Of a stretch of 35,805 nt of DNA, positions 8,910 to 16,587 are shown piece by piece. The stretch is from a virus. Lineage: Duplodnaviria > Caudoviricetes. The DNA lies in the IMG/VR virus record IMGVR_UViG_3300049783_000756, positions 1 to 35,805 of that record; one strand, given 5' to 3'. The position numbers were made by a program, and so were the translations under genes. Positions within the stretch are counted from its first letter, which is position 1, and each line of letters opens with the position of its first letter. The notes beneath the pieces were generated by a model. It ran no database searches. It had not been told where the DNA came from and saw nothing but the letters and a program-made list of their open reading frames with translations.

Positions 8910-8940
8910 AAAAAAAGCGCGACAATCGCCGCGCTCTTTC
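8910..8940 (-). terminator. Rho-independent terminator
   Basis: Minus strand AGAGCGCG-gcgattgt-CGCGC followed by TTTTTTT, just after the stop at 8964. Confidence 0.7.
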
Positions 8941-8963
8941 AAATTCTGCAAGGTAATGGCTGG

Positions 8964-10499
8964 CTAGGCCGTTTTCCAGATTGTGACCGCCACGCCCTTG
9001 TATTTTCGCCCCGTCGCCGAGCTTTTGACCATGCCGCGCCCCTCTAAATCCTTCATCATGGCGTCAATTGTCGGCCTATCCATGCGGGATCTGTTCGCTA
9101 AAACCGACGTTGACGCCCCCGTTTCTGCATCAATATAGCCCATCAATTTGGCCGCCAATGCCTCTTGCGGCTTGTCCTTTTTGTTGTCGTTGGCGAACAC
9201 CAGAGCCACCTTGAAATCCATCTCATCCTTGACGTAGGCCAGCGCCCACCGGACGTGTTCGATGGTCCTGCGCCCGTCTGGAATGGCCAAAATAAAGCTG
9301 ATCTTGGCGATCAATTCGTACCCCCGCCGGATCATCGCAACGGACGCCTCGCCCGTCTTTTCGCCCATGTAATCGGCATAGTCCAAAAGCCAGTCATTAA
9401 TGCCAACCAGCGCGGCCGCTGCGTCCTCATCCGTGGGCACCACGAACCGCTTGCCCGTGCTTTCGACCCGATGCCCCTCATGACCATAAAGCACGCCCAG
9501 ACGGCCCGCCATCATGATTGGCATTTCCTTTTTCTTGAACCCCTTACGCGCGCGCGGGTTGATGTCGCGTTCGTTGACAATGATGGCACGGCCAACAAAG
9601 CCCTGCGTGGCTGTTTCGCCGTCCATGATGCCGTCAAACGTGCTTGGCGTTGTGAACCCTATCAGCGACAAGAATGGCCGCTCCAGCCCGTTGTCTATCA
9701 TGTTGAGCATCCGTTCGGCCCTCTCGACGTTTTCAGGCTCGTCACGGTCTTGCGCTTTGCTTAATTGACTAACGTACAGCTTGCGCAGATCGCGCTTGGT
9801 ATCGCCGCCCAATAGAAAGCGGCTGTTGGCTTTGGAATAGGCCGACATGATGACAGCGAACACGCCCTCAAGGTAGCTGGCCCCGCCTTTGGTCTGAGCG
9901 TTGCGGACCTTTGACAAGAATATGCCGATTTCGTCCACATTGTAAAACGCGGCCTGATGCTCGATCAGGTTGCGGGTGACTTCCTGCTCTGACTTGATGC
10001 CGCCCTGCAATGCGCCTTGAATGCCCGCTGCGATGTGCAGGTCGGAAAACGCCTGCATGACGGCCTCCTTGCCGGTTGACGACGCAGCGACGCAGAAAGC
10101 CAGCATGTTGGCCGTTACCGCGTTTAGTTCGTCCTCGTGTGACATTCCGCCAATGTTGGCGATTGCGCATAGACCAGACGCCACGGATAGGCGGCGCCGC
10201 GGATAACGGCACTGGCTGTCGATCCAATCAACGACCTGGCCGACAAAGCCCGGCGGCGATAGCAGATCCACCTGTGACACGTCCAGCGGCATGGCCAGCC
10301 CCTCGTCAACCTCGACGTGTTCAGGCTCGCTTTTGAAATCGTCTGGTATCAGTCCGAAGTCTTGATCCGCCTTGAGCGCCAGCTCGTCATATTCGGCCAT
10401 TGCGGCAATGCGCTTTTCGGCGTCGCTGTCGTATTTCTGTTCGTCAAACTCCGCGCGGCCCGTCGGCGCATAGTCTTTTAGGTTGAATGTGTTTGTCAT
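8964..10499 (-). CDS. DUF3987/YfjI-like replication ATPase (helicase part of a primase-helicase) with C-terminal wHTH
   Basis: PPGFVGQV start of domain, Walker A AASSTGKE, Walker B YNVDEIG, SLIGFTTP, QGFVGR; no N-terminal primase domain. Confidence 0.75.
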   Translation of the reverse strand: MTNTFNLKDYAPTGRAEFDEQKYDSDAEKRIAAMAEYDELALKADQDFGLIPDDFKSEPEHVEVDEGLAMPLDVSQVDLLSPPGFVGQVVDWIDSQCRYPRRRLSVASGLCAIANIGGMSHEDELNAVTANMLAFCVAASSTGKEAVMQAFSDLHIAAGIQGALQGGIKSEQEVTRNLIEHQAAFYNVDEIGIFLSKVRNAQTKGGASYLEGVFAVIMSAYSKANSRFLLGGDTKRDLRKLYVSQLSKAQDRDEPENVERAERMLNMIDNGLERPFLSLIGFTTPSTFDGIMDGETATQGFVGRAIIVNERDINPRARKGFKKKEMPIMMAGRLGVLYGHEGHRVESTGKRFVVPTDEDAAAALVGINDWLLDYADYMGEKTGEASVAMIRRGYELIAKISFILAIPDGRRTIEHVRWALAYVKDEMDFKVALVFANDNKKDKPQEALAAKLMGYIDAETGASTSVLANRSRMDRPTIDAMMKDLEGRGMVKSSATGRKYKGVAVTIWKTA

Positions 10500-11266
10500 G
10501 TGTTTGCCTTTTCCGCTTCCATAATCGCGCGGCCTATCAGTTCTGGGATTTGGGGGACAACGGAATTTCCGCAGGCTGCAACTCTGTGTGACCGATCGGG
10601 AATCCCATTAAACTCTCGCAAAATTCCGGATTTACATGCTTGGGGTCTTCCGGGCCATCTCTTAAATACTCGTGCAGATTCGCCTTGTATGTGTTGCTGT
10701 TGAACCATCGGTTGGAAGCAGAACCGCTTGCTGTCGACTTGATTACGGTAGGCAAGAATCCAGACTCTGCTCCGTCTGTGCCAGGCACCAACGTAGGAAG
10801 CCGGTATATTGTGCCATTCCGCATCATACCCGACATCGGCCAAGTCTGTGAGTATTCTGCTAAACCATGCCCCAGGTTGCTCTGAAGGTCCAGAAAGCAA
10901 GTTTGTAACGTTTTCAAAGATTGCGTATTCTGGTTGTAATTCGCTAATAAGTCGTAAGCATTCGGACCAGAGTCCAGACCTGGTGCCTTCCCCGATGCCT
11001 GCCTGTTTTCCAGCGACGCTAATATCTTGGCACGGGAATCCCCCCGTGATGACATCAACGGAAATTCCGTCTCGTTTAAGAATGTCGCCTGTGAGTTTGG
11101 TAACGTCTTCATAGCAAGGCACCTCCGGCCAATGTTTCGCCAATACGCGGCGTGGGAATGGTTCAATTTCGCAGAACGCCACGGTTTCAAACCCGCCGGC
11201 GCGATCTAGGCCAAGGCTAAACCCGCCTATGCCGCTGAATAAGTCCAGCACCTTTAGTTTTGTCAT
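10496..11266 (-). CDS. DNA (cytosine-5) methyltransferase, alpha chain
   Basis: Motif I DLFSGIGG, IV GFPCQD, VI ENV, VIII HRRSRVWI, X GNSVVPQI; motif IX absent; start ATG 11266 (ATGA overlap). Confidence 0.93.
   Translation of the reverse strand: MTKLKVLDLFSGIGGFSLGLDRAGGFETVAFCEIEPFPRRVLAKHWPEVPCYEDVTKLTGDILKRDGISVDVITGGFPCQDISVAGKQAGIGEGTRSGLWSECLRLISELQPEYAIFENVTNLLSGPSEQPGAWFSRILTDLADVGYDAEWHNIPASYVGAWHRRSRVWILAYRNQVDSKRFCFQPMVQQQHIQGESARVFKRWPGRPQACKSGILREFNGIPDRSHRVAACGNSVVPQIPELIGRAIMEAEKANT
10537..11112 (-). CDS. Overlapping alternative-frame beta polypeptide of the C5 methyltransferase (EcoHK31I-beta-like)
   Basis: Open frame fully nested in the MTase gene; carries TWPMSGMMRNG and motif IX VNPEFCESLMGFPIGHT; start uncertain. 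Confidence 0.75.
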   Translation of the reverse strand: MKTLPNSQATFLNETEFPLMSSRGDSRAKILASLENRQASGKAPGLDSGPNAYDLLANYNQNTQSLKTLQTCFLDLQSNLGHGLAEYSQTWPMSGMMRNGTIYRLPTLVPGTDGAESGFLPTVIKSTASGSASNRWFNSNTYKANLHEYLRDGPEDPKHVNPEFCESLMGFPIGHTELQPAEIPLSPKSQN

Positions 11267-11622
11267 GTTTGCTTCCCTGCCCATTCTGCGAAGTTCTTTC
11301 GGTCGTCTGGTTGTAGACGCTTAAAGCACTCCGCAAGCATTATCTTTGTTTGTTTGGTTGTCATGGGATCGTCGCGCAGCTTGATTGCCGATGCCAAGAA
11401 ATACGCGGCCCGCTCGTCATGGTTTGCGAGTTCCGCCCAATACATCGCGTCTTGCCGGACCTGCTCTTGTAACATGGGGGCCTCTGGAAAGCCTGCCCCG
11501 TGGAACGCGGCCCACTCGCCTATGGTTGCGCCCATGACATCTAGGCTGGCCACCTCTGCCATGTCGTTTAGGCTGTCCCATATGATTTTGGCGTGCGTCT
11601 GGTGGACGGCTGCGCGGTTCAT
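11263..11622 (-). CDS. Hypothetical protein (replication-module associated)
   Basis: 119 aa, ATGA-coupled on both sides. Confidence 0.75.
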   Translation of the reverse strand: MNRAAVHQTHAKIIWDSLNDMAEVASLDVMGATIGEWAAFHGAGFPEAPMLQEQVRQDAMYWAELANHDERAAYFLASAIKLRDDPMTTKQTKIMLAECFKRLQPDDRKNFAEWAGKQT

Positions 11623-11879
11623 GTTAGGCGCAACGCCTTGGCTTTTGCCGTGCGTGCCTTAAAGGCTGCGACGTTGGCATCCTTGCGGGCGTGCTTGTCC
11701 ATTTCAGAGGTTCGGAATGCCTCGGCACTTGCGCGGGCTTCGTCGCTTGTAGCGCCGCTGAAAGTCACTGGCAGATTGCCAATTTGTGCAATGTGTTTTT
11801 GCCCAGATTGATCTGGCGACCAAGTAAAAATTGGAAGGTCTGCGGTGGCAACTTTTTTGGATTTTTTAATATCGTTCAT
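11619..11879 (-). CDS. Hypothetical protein
   Basis: 86 aa, AAGGA RBS, ATGA coupling. Confidence 0.7.
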   Translation of the reverse strand: MNDIKKSKKVATADLPIFTWSPDQSGQKHIAQIGNLPVTFSGATSDEARASAEAFRTSEMDKHARKDANVAAFKARTAKAKALRLT

Positions 11880-12073
11880 TGGTTGGTTTCCTTTTTGCTT
11901 GGATGCACTGGGGCCAGATAATCCGACAACAGCTTGATGGTTTTGGCGGTCGGGTTTGTGTGTGCGCCCTTTTTGATGTTGAGGATTGTGTTGCGATTTA
12001 CGCCCGTATGATCTGCAACCGTTGAGACCTGCCGATCATGTAAGGCCCGTTTAATTTCATCAGTCGTTAGCAT
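11876..12073 (-). CDS. Cro/XRE-like HTH transcriptional regulator
   Basis: 65 aa from ATG 12073: VSTVADHTGVNRNTILNIKKGAHTNPTAKTIKLL; first gene left of the divergence point. Confidence 0.8.
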   Translation of the reverse strand: MLTTDEIKRALHDRQVSTVADHTGVNRNTILNIKKGAHTNPTAKTIKLLSDYLAPVHPSKKETNQ

Positions 12074-12224
12074 TTTTCTGCCCTCGTTTGTGTCGTTGTG
12101 CAATTTATAAATTTCTCTGTGCATTTTGTATTGCACGCCATGCAACCTTGTGCAATAACTGATTTGCGGGATTAGAGAGTGTGACCCGCCGCACGCGGCC
12201 AATGAGCCAAAAAAGGAAAACGAT
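12074..12224. promoter_or_regulatory. Divergent promoter/operator region
   Basis: Inverted repeat TATTGCAC-N13-GTGCAATA at 12129-12157 and another TTGTGCAAT at 12096; TTGCAC -35-like hexamers on both strands. Confidence 0.6.
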
Positions 12225-13037
12225 ATGAGTGACATTCTAGCACAAGCTGGAAAGCCCGCCGACCGCGCCGTAATGGTGACGCTCTGCGGAGATAGCGGGA
12301 TGGGCAAAACCAGCCTAGCCGCAACATTCCCCAAGCCTATCTTTATCCGCGCCGAAGACGGAATGCAGGCCATACCCGTCGCCAATCGCCCCAACGCGCT
12401 GCCATTGATTGCAAGCGTTGATCAGCTTTGGGAGCAACTTACCGCATTGATCCATGAGGAACACGATTACCAAACAGTCGTTATTGACAGCGTGACCGCG
12501 CTGGAACGCCTGTTCATGGCAAGCGTTCTGGCAAGCGACCCCAAGGCCAAGTCGATCAATCAGGCAATGGGCGGATATGGCGCCGGTACATCAGCCATTG
12601 CAGCGATGCACGGGCGAGTGCGCAAGGCTTGCGGTATAATGACCGAGAAGCGCGGGATGCACGCGGTATTCATTGCCCACGCCGATCTTGAGGCAATGAA
12701 GCTGCCCGACCAAGACGACTATATGCGCTATTCTTTGCGCCTGCCAAACAAGTCCCTGCCGCCATACGTTGACGACGTGGACGTGGTGGGCTTCTTGAAA
12801 CAGCAGATGGTCGTGATGGGCGACGAGGGCGAACGCAAGAAGGCGCGCGGATCTGGCAGCCGCGAATTGGTCTGCCATGTCACGCCGTCCAGCGTATCAA
12901 AAAACCGCTACGGCATCACGCAAGCGTTGCCTGTCACGATCGGCACCAACCCCCTTGCGCAATTCGTTCCCGCGCTTGGCGGCACGGTGACGCATGATCC
13001 AGCAGGTCTAGACGTAGGCGACGGGGATGACGCGTGA
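12225..13037 (+). CDS. Sak4-like ssDNA-annealing ATPase (AAA_24)
   Basis: Walker A GDSGMGKTS, AEDG, TVVIDSVT, FIAH, SKNR; followed by an SSB. Confidence 0.85.
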   Translation: MSDILAQAGKPADRAVMVTLCGDSGMGKTSLAATFPKPIFIRAEDGMQAIPVANRPNALPLIASVDQLWEQLTALIHEEHDYQTVVIDSVTALERLFMASVLASDPKAKSINQAMGGYGAGTSAIAAMHGRVRKACGIMTEKRGMHAVFIAHADLEAMKLPDQDDYMRYSLRLPNKSLPPYVDDVDVVGFLKQQMVVMGDEGERKKARGSGSRELVCHVTPSSVSKNRYGITQALPVTIGTNPLAQFVPALGGTVTHDPAGLDVGDGDDA

Positions 13038-13222
13038 TGAAAATGTTTCTTATCCTCATGGACGTGCGGCCAAATATGCGGACGCCGTTTAGGGTCGCAG
13101 AGCTTTACGCAACTATTGACGGGACCCGAACCCGATTAACGCACCACGCTTTTGCAACGCAGGCAGAGGCAAACTTCTTTATCGACAGCATTGAAACACA
13201 AACAGAAACGGAAACAGCATGA
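13034..13222 (+). CDS. Small hypothetical protein
   Basis: 62 aa, overlapping stop/start on both sides. Confidence 0.6.
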   Translation: MMKMFLILMDVRPNMRTPFRVAELYATIDGTRTRLTHHAFATQAEANFFIDSIETQTETETA

Positions 13223-13806
13223 GCTTTTGGGATTTATCAGACGGAAACACCGCAGCCGACACGCCGAAGGAATACGAAATCCCCGGCGGATCAATGGAGC
13301 CAATCCCCAACAACAGCGACGTGTTGGCGATTGTGGATCAAGCCAAGTGGGCCGAGAAAGACGGCGCGGCCTTTGTTGAATTGCGCTGGTCGGTAATGGC
13401 GCCGGAGGAAGTCAAAAACCGCAAGGTGTTCCACAAGCTGTGGGTCACTGACTTGGACCCGAACGCCAAAGACGAAGCCAAGGGCAAGGCCAAGCGCGAC
13501 AAAGCCCGCCGCATGTTGGCATCAATTGACGCAAACGCGGGCGGAAATCTGACCCGCACCGGCGAAGCGCCAACGGATGAAACGCTGACAATGCACCTGT
13601 GCAACGTGCCGATGGTCATCAAGGTCATGGTTTGGTCAATGAAGGGCAGCGATGGAGCCGACATGGCTGGAAATTGGGTCAGCGCTGTATCGCCGTCAGA
13701 CAAGCCGTTGCAGATCAGCAGCGAACCCCTGCCGAAGACGAGCGCCGCGCCTGCACCATATCAGGGCGGAAACAGCGACGTAGGGGACGACGAGATTCCG
13801 TTCTAG
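13219..13806 (+). CDS. Single-stranded DNA-binding protein (DUF669-like)
   Basis: Beta-rich body (NRKVFHKLW) and acidic DDEIPF C-terminus; next to Sak4. Confidence 0.8.
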   Translation: MSFWDLSDGNTAADTPKEYEIPGGSMEPIPNNSDVLAIVDQAKWAEKDGAAFVELRWSVMAPEEVKNRKVFHKLWVTDLDPNAKDEAKGKAKRDKARRMLASIDANAGGNLTRTGEAPTDETLTMHLCNVPMVIKVMVWSMKGSDGADMAGNWVSAVSPSDKPLQISSEPLPKTSAAPAPYQGGNSDVGDDEIPF

Positions 13807-13916
13807 GCCAACCCCCCAACCCCCAACGGCGCGAAGGTGCATGGCCACCGATCAGCCTGAGTAATTCAGCGCCGCTCCGTTGGGGTTTATTGCAACATGA
13901 AATTGAGGAAAACAAC

Positions 13917-13991
13917 ATGACACCTGCACAGATGGAAATGGAACGGATGCTGAACGAGGTATTCAAAAAGGTATTCGGGGATAAGTGGTGA
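13917..13991 (+). CDS. Small peptide (24 aa)
   Basis: GAGG RBS; MTPAQMEMERMLNEVFKKVFGDKW; TGATG coupling to the next gene. Confidence 0.5.
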   Translation: MTPAQMEMERMLNEVFKKVFGDKW

Positions 13992-14362
13992 TGGAATATT
14001 TAGAAACAGACGCAATCATTGATCTTGCGAACCTTGGGAAGCCATACTTCAGAACGGGAAGCCGTGAGATTTGCAAGCCCGCTCCACAAGATACCGACGT
14101 TGATTTTGTCGTTCTTGATTTGACGGGCGATAACTCGTTTGAGCATAACGGGTTTACCATGACAACGGAGGATAGACGCGAAGAATACGGCGAAACAGAT
14201 TTTGAGACATACAGGCGAGGCGAGGTGAATTTGATTGTTGTTCATTCATGGGCAGCCTTCAAGGCATGGAAGGCCGCAACCGCTGCGGCGAAGCAAATGA
14301 ACATTACCGACAAGGAAAAGCGAATCGCGCTATTCCAAGGCGTTCTTTATGGGAATTGGTAA
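13991..14362 (+). CDS. Minimal Pol-beta-superfamily nucleotidyltransferase
   Basis: TGSR...DTDVDFVV signature (GS-x-DxD). Confidence 0.7.
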   Translation: MEYLETDAIIDLANLGKPYFRTGSREICKPAPQDTDVDFVVLDLTGDNSFEHNGFTMTTEDRREEYGETDFETYRRGEVNLIVVHSWAAFKAWKAATAAAKQMNITDKEKRIALFQGVLYGNW

Positions 14363-14363
14363 A

Positions 14364-15221
14364 ATGGACCAACGAACACCGGAATGGTTTGCGGCAAGGG
14401 CCGGTCGTGTGACTGCAAGCAACGCGGGGGCCTTACTTGGCCTGTCGCCACACACAAGCGAGGCGGACGGGTTTCGCCGCCTTGTGCGATCAATGCACGG
14501 CTTTGACAGTGAGTTTGTCGGCAACGTCGCCACCGAATACGGCACGTTTCACGAGGAAGGCGCGTTGGCTGAATACAAGATGGAAACGGGCAATGATGTT
14601 GAGCCGTTGGGCTTTGCTACGCACGCCGATTGGCTTGGGGCGGTAACTGGCGGGTTGATCGGCAATGACGGGCTGGTTGAAATATATTGCCCATACGGCC
14701 ATCGCGACAAAAACCCGCCTGAGTTCAAGCCAATTGACGAGCATCCGCAAATCTACGCCAAAATGCAACTGCAGATGTTTTGCACGGGGCGCGATTGGTG
14801 CGACTTCTACCAATGGTCTCCGCATGGCGCAATGTTGCAACGGGTTAATTTTGACATAGCATGGACGCGCGAATACCTTCCAGAATTGTGCGCCATCTGG
14901 ACCCGCGCCAAGAAGGCCGACCCGGCTGACTTTGTTGGGCCAAAGCGTCAAGAATACGACACGCCCGAAGCTTTCAATTTGGTCAGGGAATATGACGAGT
15001 TAAGCGACGCAATTGACAACGCCAACGAACGCAAAAAGGACATCATTAAGCGCATGGTTTACCTGTCCGGCAAACGCAACGCAGTAATGAGCGGGCGCAA
15101 TCTCACGTTGGTCAAGAAAAAGGGTGACGTGGCCTATGCTAAGGCGTTGGCAAAGATTGCACCGGATGCTGATTTGGAACCTTATAGGGGATCCGCAAGC
15201 GAATCTTGGGTGTTGAAGTGA
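14364..15221 (+). CDS. YqaJ/lambda-exonuclease family protein with degenerate active site
   Basis: QRTPEWFAARAGRVTAS, YGTFHE and WCDF motifs; catalytic SPDG and EIKCP appear as VTGG and EIYCP. Confidence 0.85.
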   Translation: MDQRTPEWFAARAGRVTASNAGALLGLSPHTSEADGFRRLVRSMHGFDSEFVGNVATEYGTFHEEGALAEYKMETGNDVEPLGFATHADWLGAVTGGLIGNDGLVEIYCPYGHRDKNPPEFKPIDEHPQIYAKMQLQMFCTGRDWCDFYQWSPHGAMLQRVNFDIAWTREYLPELCAIWTRAKKADPADFVGPKRQEYDTPEAFNLVREYDELSDAIDNANERKKDIIKRMVYLSGKRNAVMSGRNLTLVKKKGDVAYAKALAKIAPDADLEPYRGSASESWVLK

Positions 15222-15254
15222 CTTTTTTTAACATAAAATTAAAGGATACAAAAA

Positions 15255-15572
15255 ATGAATGATGCAATATTTTTGGAAATGCAAAGGGCAGCTCTTTCTA
15301 TTGGCCGCGTTGAGTGGGGGTCAACTCGCGAACTTGACGCTCAAGGCCACGCAGATCAGACGAAAACTTCCGTAGAGATCACCGCTAATAATTTTGAACA
15401 AGACGGGTTGCAAAAAATGCATGGGCTTTATGTGGCAGGGACCGAAACGGTTTTGTGCCACACTGGCACATCTCCAAATAGCCCCACACACGCTCGCATT
15501 ATGACGGCATTGTGGAACCACTTTGTTGAGTGCGCAGAACTATCAAGGGAATATTCGGCAGGACAAGGCTAA
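15255..15572 (+). CDS. Hypothetical protein
   Basis: 105 aa, AAGGA RBS. Confidence 0.7.
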   Translation: MNDAIFLEMQRAALSIGRVEWGSTRELDAQGHADQTKTSVEITANNFEQDGLQKMHGLYVAGTETVLCHTGTSPNSPTHARIMTALWNHFVECAELSREYSAGQG

Positions 15573-15577
15573 CTCAA

Positions 15578-15835
15578 GTGACCCCCGACCAAGAGGCCCG
15601 CGCGAACGACGCCGCAAATATGATCCTTGCTGAATTGGACGCGGCACAAACGGCGGACGAATGCGAAGCGGTTGCAACCAAGCACGCCAAGACGTTCGCC
15701 CGTTTGCAGGAAGTCCACCCCGTGCGGGCCTTGCACATTATCAATCTGGCGACATTGCGCAAGCGTGACTTCACCCGCGCCGCCCGCGCCTATGACCAAC
15801 AGCAAGACCAACAGCAAGAGGATTTATTTCGATGA
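15578..15835 (+). CDS. Hypothetical protein
   Basis: GTG start (MTPDQEAR...QEDLFR); ATGA overlap with the MTase. Confidence 0.6.
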   Translation: MTPDQEARANDAANMILAELDAAQTADECEAVATKHAKTFARLQEVHPVRALHIINLATLRKRDFTRAARAYDQQQDQQQEDLFR

Positions 15836-16587
15836 ATGACCCATGGACCCGCAGAGAAGTAATTGGCGACTGCACGCTGTATCTGGGCGATTGCCTTGAG
15901 GTGATGCCCGCGCTTGGGAAGGTGGATGCGGTGGTGACGGACCCGCCTTATGGGGAGGAAACGCATAAAAATGCAAAAAGCAATAGGGGCGGAAGTGGAA
16001 AAAAAGCAATAAACTTTTCTAGTATTAACATCGAAAAACTAAAGCAGATTATATCGCTGTCAGCGAGTCTAGGACCTAGATGGTATGCGTCAACGATGGA
16101 GTGGCGGCATGTTTTGGGGTTTGAACTATCCCCGCCTTCTGGATGGGAATTTGTGAGAATGGGCGTGTGGTTGAAAACAAACCCTATGCCGCAAATAAGT
16201 GCTGACAGACCAGCTCAGGGGTGGGAAGCTATTGCATACATGCACAACACAAAAGCAGGAAAAAAAACATGGAACGGAGGGGGCAAACATGGAAATTACT
16301 TGGGGCCAGTAATTTCAGACGGCAATCATCCAACGGGAAAGCCAGTACCTATGTTTTTGGGAATGGTGGAAAAGCTGTCCAACTTAAATGAGACAATCCT
16401 AGACCCTTTTGCTGGTTCTGGAACTACTGGCGTTGCTTGCGTGAAAACAGGGCGGAAATTTATTGGCATCGAACAAGACCCCGACTATTTCGAGATTGCT
16501 TGCAAGCGCGTACAGGCGGCATACGATCAGCCGGACCTATTCGTCGCGCCACCCACGCCACCAACTCAAGAGGGCTTTGAACTATGA
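15832..16587 (+). CDS. DNA methyltransferase, beta class (N6-adenine/N4-cytosine)
   Basis: LYLGDC, DPPY, HPTGKP, LDPFAGSGTTG. Confidence 0.93.
   Translation: MNDPWTRREVIGDCTLYLGDCLEVMPALGKVDAVVTDPPYGEETHKNAKSNRGGSGKKAINFSSINIEKLKQIISLSASLGPRWYASTMEWRHVLGFELSPPSGWEFVRMGVWLKTNPMPQISADRPAQGWEAIAYMHNTKAGKKTWNGGGKHGNYLGPVISDGNHPTGKPVPMFLGMVEKLSNLNETILDPFAGSGTTGVACVKTGRKFIGIEQDPDYFEIACKRVQAAYDQPDLFVAPPTPPTQEGFEL

Noticed and set aside
9165-9764. 199-aa plus-strand ORF, and similar antisense ORFs such as 4110..4622, 30501..30974 and 32145..32672
   Set aside because: Shadow frames opposite well-supported genes in GC-rich DNA, with no RBS or motifs
11876-12394. 172-aa long form of the HTH ORF
   Set aside because: The extension crosses the promoter region and runs antisense to Sak4; the likely start is ATG 12073
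13825-13875. Possible hammerhead ribozyme or SAM riboswitch
   Set aside because: No CUGANGA/GAAA core in the right order on either strand and no match to SAM-II or SAM-SAH consensus as I recall them; kept only as an unassigned structure
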